A stretch of 64,000 nucleotides of DNA. Source: Holophagaceae bacterium. Its GTDB lineage: Bacteria; Acidobacteriota; Holophagae; Holophagales; Holophagaceae. Numbering within the stretch: position 1 is the first letter of the stretch; each line of letters starts with the position of its first letter. The notes beneath the pieces were generated by a model. That model saw only the letters and a list, made by a program, of their open reading frames with translations, was not told the DNA's origin and did no database searches. This document shows positions 53,086-60,858 of the stretch, piece after piece. Where the stretch lies: positions 1,477-65,476 of the forward strand of contig JBGAST010000016.1 of the NCBI GenBank assembly GCA_044229575.1, written 5' to 3'. A program made the position numbers and the translations under genes.

Positions 53086-54474
53086 ATGAAACTGAGCACC
53101 CAAGCGCTCCTGATCGCCGCGCTGGCGTCCACCCCGGGCTGGTCCCAGGACTTCAGCCTGTACAGCACCACCATCGCCCAGATGTGGAAGCAGGATGCGC
53201 CGGGCTTCGACAAGGCCACCTTCGCCCCGGCTACCCAGTTCCTCGGCCTCGATGTCACCAACGTGGGCCGGGACGGCCTGTCCCTCCACCTCTTCGGCTG
53301 GGGCCGGGCCGATCTGGCCGACCAGTCCCTGCCGGAAAGCAAGACCACCGGCGAGCTGACCTACGGCTACGTCCGCTACCGCTTCCAGCAGGCCAACGCC
53401 GAGATCAAGGCCGGCCGCTTCACCGTCAACCAGGGCGTGGCCATCGAACAGGTGGACGGCGTCAGCGCCCAGGCCGACCTCCGCGGCGGCTTCACGATCT
53501 CCGCCTTCGGCGGCCGGCCGGTCCTCTACAAGACCCGGGACGCCGTGACCCAGAAGGACTACGACTTCCAGCGGGACTTCATCTTCGGCACGCGTTTGGG
53601 GCTGAGGATTCCGAAATACGGCGAAGTGGGCCTCTCCTACCTCCAGGACGGGACCAAGGCCGCCAAGGACCTGCCGATCCCGTCGGCCATCGACTACACC
53701 CGGGAGCAGCTGGGCCTGGACATCCACTTGACCCCGCACGCCGCCTTCGACTTCAGCGGCCGGACGGTCTTCGACCTGGCCGACCGCGCCCCGGCACCGG
53801 GCAGCAACGCGGAAAAGCCTTCCAAGATCGCCGAGCACGACTACAGCGCGACGGTGAAAGTGGCCTCGTCGGTCGCGATCTCCGGCACCTTCACCGAGCG
53901 CAACTTCCAGGCCTTCTTCGCCGGCACCAACCTGCCTTCCCTCTTCCGTTCCGTGGAGAAGGACAAGCACCGCGCCTACGGCGGCAGCGTGACCGTCGGA
54001 TCCGGCGGCCCCCTGGAGTTCGTCGCCGACTACCGGCACACCTCCCGCGAGACCTTCGGCGATTCCAACCGCTTCGGCGGGGATGTCCGCTGGACCCTCG
54101 AGAAGCAGAAAATCCAGTCCGGTTTCGGCTACCACCGGGTGACGGCCTCCGATGCGAAGCTGGTGGATTCCGCCACGCCCTCCTACAGCCTGGCGCACCA
54201 CGAAGTGCGGGCCTGGGTCATGGCCGAGAAAGGCAAGCTGACCGCGACCCTGGACGGCGTCCTCCATTCGTACGACGACAAGAAGAACCCCTTCCTCAAC
54301 GGCCGGACCTCCATCTTCGAAATCGTGGGTTCGCTGGGCATGCAGGCCTCGTCGAACCTCCGGATCTCCGGCGACCTCAGCTACGCCGCCAACGCCCTCT
54401 TCAAGAAAGAGGTGCGCGGGCTCCTGCGGGCTGAATACCGGTTCGTCTCGGCGAAAAAGGGAGGCGGCAAATGA
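53086..54474 (+). CDS. Outer-membrane beta-barrel (porin-like) protein, first gene of the multiheme cytochrome operon
   Basis: The signal peptide is MKLSTQALLIAALASTPGWSQ. There are many amphipathic alternating beta-strand segments (GELTYGYVRYRF, GFTISAFGG, FIFGTRLGLRI, EVRAWVMAE, LLRAEYRF). A GGAGG lies upstream of the start. Confidence 0.75.
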   Translation: MKLSTQALLIAALASTPGWSQDFSLYSTTIAQMWKQDAPGFDKATFAPATQFLGLDVTNVGRDGLSLHLFGWGRADLADQSLPESKTTGELTYGYVRYRFQQANAEIKAGRFTVNQGVAIEQVDGVSAQADLRGGFTISAFGGRPVLYKTRDAVTQKDYDFQRDFIFGTRLGLRIPKYGEVGLSYLQDGTKAAKDLPIPSAIDYTREQLGLDIHLTPHAAFDFSGRTVFDLADRAPAPGSNAEKPSKIAEHDYSATVKVASSVAISGTFTERNFQAFFAGTNLPSLFRSVEKDKHRAYGGSVTVGSGGPLEFVADYRHTSRETFGDSNRFGGDVRWTLEKQKIQSGFGYHRVTASDAKLVDSATPSYSLAHHEVRAWVMAEKGKLTATLDGVLHSYDDKKNPFLNGRTSIFEIVGSLGMQASSNLRISGDLSYAANALFKKEVRGLLRAEYRFVSAKKGGGK

Positions 54475-54944
54475 CGCGCAGCAAGGTATTCCTCTCGTCC
54501 GTCCTCGCCCTCTTCCTGGGCGTCCTCACCGCCTGCTCCGTCCTTTCCCCGGAGACGAGCTTCGCGCCGACCCATCCGGAAGCCCTGGGCCAGGGCCGGC
54601 CGGTCTGCTCCAGCTGCCACGGGGACGAGGCCATGAAGGGCGGCCTCAAGACCTACGCGGCCCTGGACCATACGCCGGGCTTCGTGAAGAACCATCGCTA
54701 CCAGGCGAACCAGGACTCGAGCACCTGCGCCTCCTGCCATAGCCAGTCCTTCTGCTCGGACTGCCACGGCGGGAAGGTGCCCATGACCCCCGCCACGAAG
54801 TGGGGCAACCGCCCCGACCGCGACATGCCGCACCGCCCGGGCTACCTCTCCATCCACCGCATGGACGGAAAGCTCGACCCCGCGGGCTGCTTCAAGTGCC
54901 ACGGCCGCGCCAACAACGACAAATGCACGGCTTGTCACCGCTAA
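54471..54944 (+). CDS. Pentaheme c-type cytochrome lipoprotein (157 aa)
   Basis: The lipobox is LGVLTAC. Five CXXCH motifs are present (CSSCH, CASCH, CSDCH, CFKCH, CTACH). The start overlaps the barrel gene stop (ATGA). Confidence 0.9.
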   Translation: MTRSKVFLSSVLALFLGVLTACSVLSPETSFAPTHPEALGQGRPVCSSCHGDEAMKGGLKTYAALDHTPGFVKNHRYQANQDSSTCASCHSQSFCSDCHGGKVPMTPATKWGNRPDRDMPHRPGYLSIHRMDGKLDPAGCFKCHGRANNDKCTACHR

Positions 54945-54954
54945 GGGGCCGCAC

Positions 54955-55593
54955 ATGCGCATAGACACGATCACGATTCGCAGTGCCGCTTCGATGTTCA
55001 AGGCCGTGTGTGCGGTCGCCTTCGCCCTGCTCCTCGGGGGCTGCTCGACCAGCAACACCCAGTCCACCCAGCTCAGCCCCAAGGGCGAACACCCGGCTGG
55101 CTGGCTGCAGACCCACTACGCGGAATTCATCAAGAACCCGGACCAGTGCCGGACCTGCCACGGCTCCACCACGGATCCCAAAGCGGCCGGCGGCATCGCC
55201 AACGTCAGCTGCTTCTCCTGCCATCCCCACGGCCCGAGCCATGCCCCCGGCTGGGAGGCCCCCGGCCAGCACGGCCGCCTCGGCGCCCAGGCGGCCCCCG
55301 GCGTGACCGCCGGCTTCGCCTACTGCGCGAAGTGCCACGGTTCCACCTACAACAACGGGCCCGCCGTCTCCTGCATGACCTGCCACACCAAGTCGCCGCA
55401 CCCGAGCCGTCCCTGGGTGGGCACGTCCGCCTCCGCGCCCAGCCACACCATGACCGACGCGGCCAACGCGCCTGAATGCGTCAAGTGCCACGCCGACGGC
55501 GCCAACTCGACCCTGAAGCCGACGACGCCGGCGCCGCCGGGGACGATCCCGGGCTGCTTCAACAACACCATGTGCCACGGCCGGAGCTTCTGA
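54955..55593 (+). CDS. Multiheme c-type cytochrome lipoprotein (212 aa) with 5 canonical CXXCH motifs plus one C-X5-CH
   Basis: The lipobox is ALLLGGC. The CXXCH motifs are CRTCH, CFSCH, CAKCH, CMTCH and CVKCH, and the C-terminus carries CFNNTMCH. Confidence 0.9.
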   Translation: MRIDTITIRSAASMFKAVCAVAFALLLGGCSTSNTQSTQLSPKGEHPAGWLQTHYAEFIKNPDQCRTCHGSTTDPKAAGGIANVSCFSCHPHGPSHAPGWEAPGQHGRLGAQAAPGVTAGFAYCAKCHGSTYNNGPAVSCMTCHTKSPHPSRPWVGTSASAPSHTMTDAANAPECVKCHADGANSTLKPTTPAPPGTIPGCFNNTMCHGRSF

Positions 55594-55643
55594 TGCGCGA
55601 ATCCCAAGAATCCCCAAACAAACCAACCATAGGAGGACAACGT

Positions 55644-58388
55644 ATGCATCGCAAACCTCTGAAGGTGCTCTGCGGGTTGGTTGCAACCGCCGCTGCCGCC
55701 TTCCTGCTGATCAGCTGCCGGGGCTCCGCAGGCCAGACCGGACCGGCCGGCGCGAACGGGACCAACGGTACCAACGGAAGCAACGGGTCCAACGGCGCGA
55801 CCTATGCCATCGACGCCACCACCCTCTCTCCCGAGGAATGGGGAGAGCTCAGCCTGAAGGGCACGGTCACCAGCGTGAGCGCCGGCGCCTCCACGGTCGT
55901 GAACTTCAAGGTGACGGAAGGCCACAATGTCCCGGTCAAGGGGCTCGGCTTCACGTCCAAGGCCTCCACCGCCGCCTTCGCCGGCTACGCGAACATGGCC
56001 TTTTCCATCGCCAAGCTCGTGCCCGGGACCAGCGGCAGCCCGAGCACCTGGGTCAACTACATCGTGACCGGGAACCCCACCGCCGCGGCCCCGACGACCT
56101 GGGTTCCGGGCCGTCCGAGCACCGACAACATCGGCACCCTGGTGGACAACGGCGACGGCACCTACAAGTACACCTTCCGCCGGGACATCACCCAGACCCA
56201 GGCCCTGCTGGACGCCTATACCTACACCGGCAACAACATCAAGGCCGACCTCGGTGACGTCAGCTACCAGTCCAACTTGACCCACCGGGTCACGGTCTAC
56301 GTTGGCGGCAATGCCCGCGGCACCAGCACCAACACCGCCGACGGCTCCAACAGCGGCGTCCCGGCCATCCGCGTCAAGTTCCCCGCGAACTTCTTCTACG
56401 ACTTCATCCCCGCCACCGGCCAGCCCGTGGGCGCCGCCAACGAGCAGCGCGAGATCACCCAGGTCTCCACCTGCTTCACCTGCCACGCCAAGTTCGAGTT
56501 CCATGGTGAAGGCCGCCAGGACACCAAGTACTGCGTCGTGTGCCACACCGACCAGCGCAAGTACGGGAATCCGGAAGCCACCACCACGCCGACGGGCTAT
56601 GACATCGTGGCCGGGCAGCGGAAGATCCAGAACCACGCCGTAGGCGACTTCGTCAACCTGGTCCACCGCACCCACATGGGCGAAGAACTGAAGAAGGATG
56701 GCTACCAGTACGCCGGCGTGTACTTCAACCACGTCACCTACCCCCAGGACCACCGGAACTGCGTGAAGTGCCACACGGCCAGCACCAGCACCCCCCAGGG
56801 CGACAACTGGTTCAACAAGCCCAGCCGCTTCGCCTGCGGCGCCTGCCACGACCAGGTCAAATGGGAGACCGGTGAGCACCATGCCGGCGGCCCGGCCTTC
56901 GCCGACAACCAGTGCGCCCAGTGCCACGACGCCGCGGCCATCAAGACCTACCACATCCCCGTCCTGCCCCCGAACCCGCTGAACGCGTGGAACGTGGCAT
57001 CCGGCGGCAACAACAACACCAACGCCTCCTACGTGGCGGCCTTCGCCAACAACCTGCCCCCCGGCGCCAGCAAGGTGACCTGGGACCTCAAGAGCTTCAC
57101 CTTCAACAGCAGCGGCAAGCCCGTCGTCACCTTCCGCTTCATCAAGGACGGCGCGCCGGTGGTCTTCAACACCTACCCCGCCAAGCCCGAGATGATGGAC
57201 AACTTCGTGGGCGGCCCGAGCATCTACATCGCCTTCACCGTGCCCTACGACGGGATCCAGTACCCCGCTGACTGGAACGCCACCATCAGCACCTACCTCA
57301 AGAACATCTGGCGCGGGGACGGCAAGGACGCCAACGGCGGAAACCTGCAGGCCGCCGCAAAGGCGACACTGACGGGTCCTGACGGCAGCGGCTACTACGC
57401 CCTGACCTTCACCGACGCCATCATCCCCCCCACCGCGGGCATGCTCAATGCCGGCATCGGCTTCACCTACGGTCTCAGCGCCACCCAGCCCCTGACCCAG
57501 ACCAACGTCCCGGGCTACCCGTACACCCCCCGCGTCCCCAACACGCCGGGCACCGGCCAGGGCGGGCTCGCGGTTCCGGCTCCCAACGTCACCAAGATGG
57601 TCAGTGGCACTCTGCCCGCCGGCTTCGACACGGCCCAGGCGACGACGCCCCGCCGCACTATGGTCACCACCGCGAAATGCAATGATTGCCACGGCGCCCT
57701 GGGCGTCTTCACCGCCAAGACCTACCACGCCGGCCAGCGCAACGACGCCCAGGCCTGCGAGTTCTGCCACAACGGCCAGCGGGTCAACAGCGGCTGGGGC
57801 GTCAACACCAAGGACTTCGTCCACGCCATCCATGGCGCGGGCAAGCGCGTCAACAAGTACTCGTGGGAAGCCTCCGCGGGGTTCAAGTACTGGACCATCA
57901 CCTACCCGAGCGTGCTGAACAACTGCGAAGCCTGCCACGTGCCCGGCTCCTACGACTTCGGCAACACCACCAACGCCGGCGAAGTGCCCAACCTGAACTG
58001 GACCACCGTCGCCACCGGCACGGTGCCGAATCCCGTGAATGTCGTCATCACGGGCAACGAGCCCATTCCGGGAACCTACTGGTCCCCCTTCGTCACCGCC
58101 GGCGCGGTCTACGGCAGCGGCTTCTCCTATAGCGCGAACACCGGCGTTTCCACGCCGGCGGCGCCCACCACCCTGGTGAGTTCCCCCTATGTCGCGGCCT
58201 GCTCCAACTGCCACGACACGCCCATGGCCCTCAACCACATGAAGGCCAACGGCGGCTCCTTCTACGTGCCCCGCAGCAGCGTCATGAACGCCCAGACCGG
58301 CGCCCTCATCAACGCGGAGCAGTGTTTCCTCTGCCACTCCGCCGGCAAGATCGCGGATACGCAGAAGGTGCACATGAACTTCAAGTAA
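55644..58388 (+). CDS. Decaheme c-type cytochrome lipoprotein, OmcA/MtrC-like (914 aa)
   Basis: AGGAGG lies upstream of ATG 55644 and the lipobox is AFLLISC. By hand count, ten CXXCH motifs start at residues about 277, 297, 373, 398, 424 and 679, 705, 761, 853, 894. That gives two pentaheme blocks, each preceded by a roughly 250-aa heme-free domain. Confidence 0.9.
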   Translation: MHRKPLKVLCGLVATAAAAFLLISCRGSAGQTGPAGANGTNGTNGSNGSNGATYAIDATTLSPEEWGELSLKGTVTSVSAGASTVVNFKVTEGHNVPVKGLGFTSKASTAAFAGYANMAFSIAKLVPGTSGSPSTWVNYIVTGNPTAAAPTTWVPGRPSTDNIGTLVDNGDGTYKYTFRRDITQTQALLDAYTYTGNNIKADLGDVSYQSNLTHRVTVYVGGNARGTSTNTADGSNSGVPAIRVKFPANFFYDFIPATGQPVGAANEQREITQVSTCFTCHAKFEFHGEGRQDTKYCVVCHTDQRKYGNPEATTTPTGYDIVAGQRKIQNHAVGDFVNLVHRTHMGEELKKDGYQYAGVYFNHVTYPQDHRNCVKCHTASTSTPQGDNWFNKPSRFACGACHDQVKWETGEHHAGGPAFADNQCAQCHDAAAIKTYHIPVLPPNPLNAWNVASGGNNNTNASYVAAFANNLPPGASKVTWDLKSFTFNSSGKPVVTFRFIKDGAPVVFNTYPAKPEMMDNFVGGPSIYIAFTVPYDGIQYPADWNATISTYLKNIWRGDGKDANGGNLQAAAKATLTGPDGSGYYALTFTDAIIPPTAGMLNAGIGFTYGLSATQPLTQTNVPGYPYTPRVPNTPGTGQGGLAVPAPNVTKMVSGTLPAGFDTAQATTPRRTMVTTAKCNDCHGALGVFTAKTYHAGQRNDAQACEFCHNGQRVNSGWGVNTKDFVHAIHGAGKRVNKYSWEASAGFKYWTITYPSVLNNCEACHVPGSYDFGNTTNAGEVPNLNWTTVATGTVPNPVNVVITGNEPIPGTYWSPFVTAGAVYGSGFSYSANTGVSTPAAPTTLVSSPYVAACSNCHDTPMALNHMKANGGSFYVPRSSVMNAQTGALINAEQCFLCHSAGKIADTQKVHMNFK

Positions 58389-58441
58389 TGTCCCCCGGGG
58401 GCGCGCCTCGCCGGACCCCCGAACTCAAGCTGGAAGCAGGA

Positions 58442-58474
58442 CGAAGAACCCGGGCCCCCTGCCCGGGTTCTTCG
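58442..58474 (+). terminator. Hairpin terminating the cytochrome operon
   Basis: The hairpin is CGAAGAACCCGGG-ccccctg-CCCGGGTTCTTCG, about 55 nt after the decaheme gene stop. The T-tract is weak. Confidence 0.55.
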
Positions 58475-58564
58475 CGTTCCGGACCCGGGCGCGGCCGGCG
58501 CACTGTGATCCCGGCACCGCGGGCCCGTGCGAAACTCTGCCTGGACGAAATCTGGAGGTGAAGG

Positions 58565-58975
58565 ATGAACCACGGCGTTCTCAAGCCCATCCTCGTGGCC
58601 ATGGCCCTGCTCTGCACGGGCCCGGCCTGGAGCCAGGACACGAAGAAGAAGGCCGCGCCCCCGGCCGCCCCGGCCCCCAGCGCGACGGACCTGAATCCCC
58701 TGATCGCTGCCCAGTCCAAGGCCCGCTCCAAGGCCCTCAAGGCCGAGAAGAAGAAGCAGAAGACGATTCCCGAGGCCCAGCGGGTGGATATCAACAGCGC
58801 CACCAAGGAGGAGCTGATCAAGCTGCCGGGGGTCAGTGAAGCCTATGCGGCGAAGATCATCGCCGGCCGCCCGTACCTCACGAAGATCCACCTCGTGACC
58901 CACGATGTCCTGCCCTACGCGGTGTACACGTCCATCAAGGGGCGCATCATCGCCCGGCAGAAGGGCGTGAAGTAG
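58565..58975 (+). CDS. ComEA-like helix-hairpin-helix DNA-binding protein, secreted
   Basis: A signal peptide, a Lys/Ala/Pro-rich linker and the HhH motif VDINSATKEELIKLPGVSEAYAAKIIAGRPY are present. Confidence 0.8.
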   Translation: MNHGVLKPILVAMALLCTGPAWSQDTKKKAAPPAAPAPSATDLNPLIAAQSKARSKALKAEKKKQKTIPEAQRVDINSATKEELIKLPGVSEAYAAKIIAGRPYLTKIHLVTHDVLPYAVYTSIKGRIIARQKGVK

Positions 58976-59039
58976 TCCGTCCCGAGCAACCCTTCCGGTG
59001 CCGGGGCGCCTACCATGGTCTCCGGTTCCCGGAGTCCCC

Positions 59040-60386
59040 ATGCGCTGCGCCCTGCCCTTCCTGACCGCCGCCCTCCTGCTGCCCACCGACCTGTCGGCCC
59101 AGGCCGCCCGCCACCCCCGCGTGGAGGCCCTGGCCGCCGGCGTGGACGCCGCCCGCCTCCAGGCCGCCGTGGGGAGGCTGGTGGCCTTCGGGACCCGGCA
59201 CACCCTGTCCGAGACGGCCTCGGACACCCGGGGCATCGGCGCCGCCCGGCGCTGGCTGGCGTCGGAATTCCAGGGGCTGGCGAAGCTGCCGGGCTCCCGC
59301 CTCCAGCCCCTGGAGGAGCGCTTCACCGTGGAACCGGGTCCGCGGGTCCCCAGGGCCACCGAGCTGGTCAACGTCGGCGCCGTGCTGCCGGGCACCGACG
59401 CGGCGCGCGCCAAGGAGGCCATCGTCCTCACCGGCCACTACGACAGCCGCGCCAGCAACCCCCTGGACGGCGTCTCCGACGCCCCCGGCGCCGTGGACGA
59501 TGGCAGCGGCACGGCCCTGATGCTGGAACTGGCGCGGGTCCTGGCCGGGGAGAAGCCCGCCGTCGCGATCTACTTCGTCGCCGTCGCCGGGGAGGAGCAG
59601 GGCCTGCTCGGCTCCACGCACCTGGCGAAGCGGCTCAAGGAGGAGGGCGTCACCGTGCTGGCCATGGTCAGCGTGGACATCGCCGGCAACACGGAAGGCC
59701 AGGATGGCGTGAAGGACAACGTCACGGCGCGCCTCTTCAGCGAGGGCGTGCCCACGGGGGAGAGCGAGGCCCAGAAGCGCCTGCGGGAGGCCGTGGGGGG
59801 CGAGAACGATGGCGGCGCCCGGGAGTGGGCCCGCTACATCAAGCGCGTGGGCGAGCGCTACGTGGAGAACCTGGACTTCTGGCTCATGCTGCGCCGGGAC
59901 CGCCTCGCCCGGGGCTCGGACCACACGGCCTTCAGCCGGCAGGGCTTCCCGGCCATCCGCCTCAGCGAGACCCACGAGCACTACGACCGCCAGCACCAGG
60001 ACGTGCGGGTGAAGGAGGGCCGCGCCTACGGCGACGACCTGGTCCACTTCGACGCCGCCTACACCGCCAAGCTGGGCCGAGCCCTGCTGGCGGCCGCCTG
60101 GCACCTCGCCCATGCCCCGGCGGCGCCGCGGGACCTGATCCTCGGTGGCGCCGTCAGCCCCGATACGAAGCTGCGCTGGACCCTTCCGAGGGACCCCCGG
60201 CTGGCTGGCCTCGTCCTCTACCGCCGCCGCGCCGACGCCCTCCACTGGCAGCGCGTCCGGCGCGTGCCCACGGGGGAAAGCCTCGTCCTCAAGGATGTGG
60301 TCCCCGACAACGAGGTGTTCGCCCTCGCCACCGTGGATGCCGAGGGGAACGAAAGCCTGCCGGCCTATCCGTCGAAGCTGGAATGA
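59040..60386 (+). CDS. M28-family metallopeptidase (aminopeptidase), secreted
   Basis: The signal peptide is MRCALPFLTAALLLPTDLSAQA. M28 metal-ligand blocks HYDS, GAVDDGSG and AGEEQGLLGS are present. Confidence 0.85.
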   Translation: MRCALPFLTAALLLPTDLSAQAARHPRVEALAAGVDAARLQAAVGRLVAFGTRHTLSETASDTRGIGAARRWLASEFQGLAKLPGSRLQPLEERFTVEPGPRVPRATELVNVGAVLPGTDAARAKEAIVLTGHYDSRASNPLDGVSDAPGAVDDGSGTALMLELARVLAGEKPAVAIYFVAVAGEEQGLLGSTHLAKRLKEEGVTVLAMVSVDIAGNTEGQDGVKDNVTARLFSEGVPTGESEAQKRLREAVGGENDGGAREWARYIKRVGERYVENLDFWLMLRRDRLARGSDHTAFSRQGFPAIRLSETHEHYDRQHQDVRVKEGRAYGDDLVHFDAAYTAKLGRALLAAAWHLAHAPAAPRDLILGGAVSPDTKLRWTLPRDPRLAGLVLYRRRADALHWQRVRRVPTGESLVLKDVVPDNEVFALATVDAEGNESLPAYPSKLE

Positions 60387-60392
60387 GGCGGG

Positions 60393-60806
60393 CTACTTCG
60401 TCCGCACGCCCATGAGGATGTAGGCCGGATCCGCCTTGGCGCCGGCCTTGGGGATGGGCACCACAACTTTCGGGGAGAACATCTCGCCGTGGATGAAGAC
60501 AGTGAGGGAGGCCGCTTCAGCCGGCATGAGGGTGGTGGTCTCGAAGGTGTCCATCATCTGGGGGGTGCTGGCCTTGATGTCGTAGGCGCCGCCGGCTTCC
60601 CGGGACATCGCTTCCACCTGCTTGAAGCCCGCGCCCGCGGACTTGATGCGCAGGCGGATGGTCCGGGCATCCATGCGCTCCACCAGCACCACGGCGCCGA
60701 TGCCGGGCTGGGCCTTCAGTTTCGCTTCCAGGGTGGCGACGGCGTCGGTCCAGGGATCGGCCTGGAGGGCGACGAGGGCGGGCGCGAGGAGCAGGGCGTG
60801 GATCAT
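60393..60806 (-). CDS. Small secreted hypothetical protein
   Basis: The signal peptide is MIHALLLAPALVALQA and the composition is non-shadow. Confidence 0.5.
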   Translation of the reverse strand: MIHALLLAPALVALQADPWTDAVATLEAKLKAQPGIGAVVLVERMDARTIRLRIKSAGAGFKQVEAMSREAGGAYDIKASTPQMMDTFETTTLMPAEAASLTVFIHGEMFSPKVVVPIPKAGAKADPAYILMGVRTK

Positions 60807-60858
60807 GGGATCTCCTTCTTCCGGAAGCTGGGTGGCTTCAGCATGGCGGGAGTTCCCG

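Noticed and set aside
55347-58373. 1008-aa minus-strand ORF opposite the decaheme gene
   Set aside because: The sense strand carries ten in-frame CXXCH motifs, a lipobox and an RBS. The antisense ORF has no features and shadow-type composition.
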